Origin: Chara braunii
Taxonomy: Eukaryota; Plantae; Charophyceae
Length of the DNA: 64,000 nt
Direction of reading: 5' to 3'
NCBI GenBank assembly: GCA_003427395.1
Contig: BFEA01000001.1
Span: forward strand, 8,509,301-8,573,300
Made by a program: the position numbers and the translations under genes. The notes beneath the pieces are model-generated. The model made no database searches, was not told the DNA's origin, and worked only from the letters and a program-made list of their open reading frames with translations. Positions 63,325 through 64,000 of this stretch are shown here, one piece after another (within the stretch, counting starts at the first letter, position 1; each line of letters starts with the position of its first letter).

Positions 63325-64000
63325 ATAATTGCACAACAGCAAGTAAAATGCTGAAAATCTTCTATCCAGTGGGCTAAGGCCGACCCCAACCTCATTTGGG
63401 GTTGGCCACACCCCCAACCGATTGAAAAGATTCTGGCGGGAAGCTGTCTTTGCACGGGCATGCCCAGTGTTAAGGAGAGGGGGAGGGGAATGAAGATCTC
63501 CTTACTCTTGAGGGTAATACATGTAAAATACTGACCGTGGGATCACGAGGACTGCACGGCAGGATTTGGGTACTCAACTGCCCCACAAACTCGTTTCTAT
63601 CCTATCCCGTTGCTAGTGGGACCATGCCCCAGCTGGTTGAATATGGGCCGCGCTCCACTGCGCAACATTTGAAATTTGAAATATATCTGGACCAGGGGCG
63701 AGGTCCCACTAGCAGCGGGATAGGATAGAAACGAGTTTGTGGGGCAGTTGAGTGACCCCAATCCTGCCGTGCAGTAGTCGTGATCCCACGGTCAGTGTTT
63801 TACTTGTATTACCCGAAAAAATTAGGAGATCTTCGTTCCCCTCCTCCTCTCCTTAACACTGGGCATGCCCGTGCAAAGAAAGCTTCCCGCCAGAATCTTT
63901 TCTATCGGTTGGGGGTAAGGCCAACCCCAAAGGAGGGTGGGATCGGCCTTAGCCCACTGGATAGAAGATTTTCAGTATTTTACTTGCTGTTGCGCAATAT
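63325..64000. repeat. Long inverted repeat (foldback) with about 300-bp arms, running off the window end
   Basis: 63325-63623 is the reverse complement, with scattered mismatches, of 63702-64000. The spacer is about 80 bp. Confidence 0.92.

Overview
This is eukaryotic nuclear DNA with six N-gaps, rich in repeats and microsatellites. It is most likely from a streptophyte (Charales-like) alga. That assignment is an inference from the organellar inserts, the nad9-atp1 adjacency, a nad3 group II intron at the nt-211 site and very long TE-filled introns. The only host gene I can support is a + strand alpha/beta-hydrolase (gastric/acid-lipase-like, Arabidopsis At1g18460/At1g73920 type). It has at least 9 phase-compatible GT-AG exons across 19685-51364, plus a candidate first exon at 18240-18292. 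Other content: (1) a full-length RPL22e processed pseudogene with poly(A) and a 16-bp TSD; (2) a decayed DUF659-type hAT transposase interrupted by an hAT MITE; (3) TA-flanked 105-bp, TTAA-flanked and 8-bp-TSD hAT MITE families; (4) a T-tailed tRNA-derived SINE family; (5) LINE 3' ends and a probable solo LTR; (6) four organellar insertions: plastid rpoB, mitochondrial trnD, nad9-atp1, and a nad3 mini-exon with group II intron sequence. I see no convincing novel multi-gene system. The most unusual observations are the nad3 NUMT, which appears to preserve a 23-nt exon between two group II introns, and a 192-bp tandem repeat straddling the lipase stop codon. Most ORFs in the supplied track are low-complexity artefacts.
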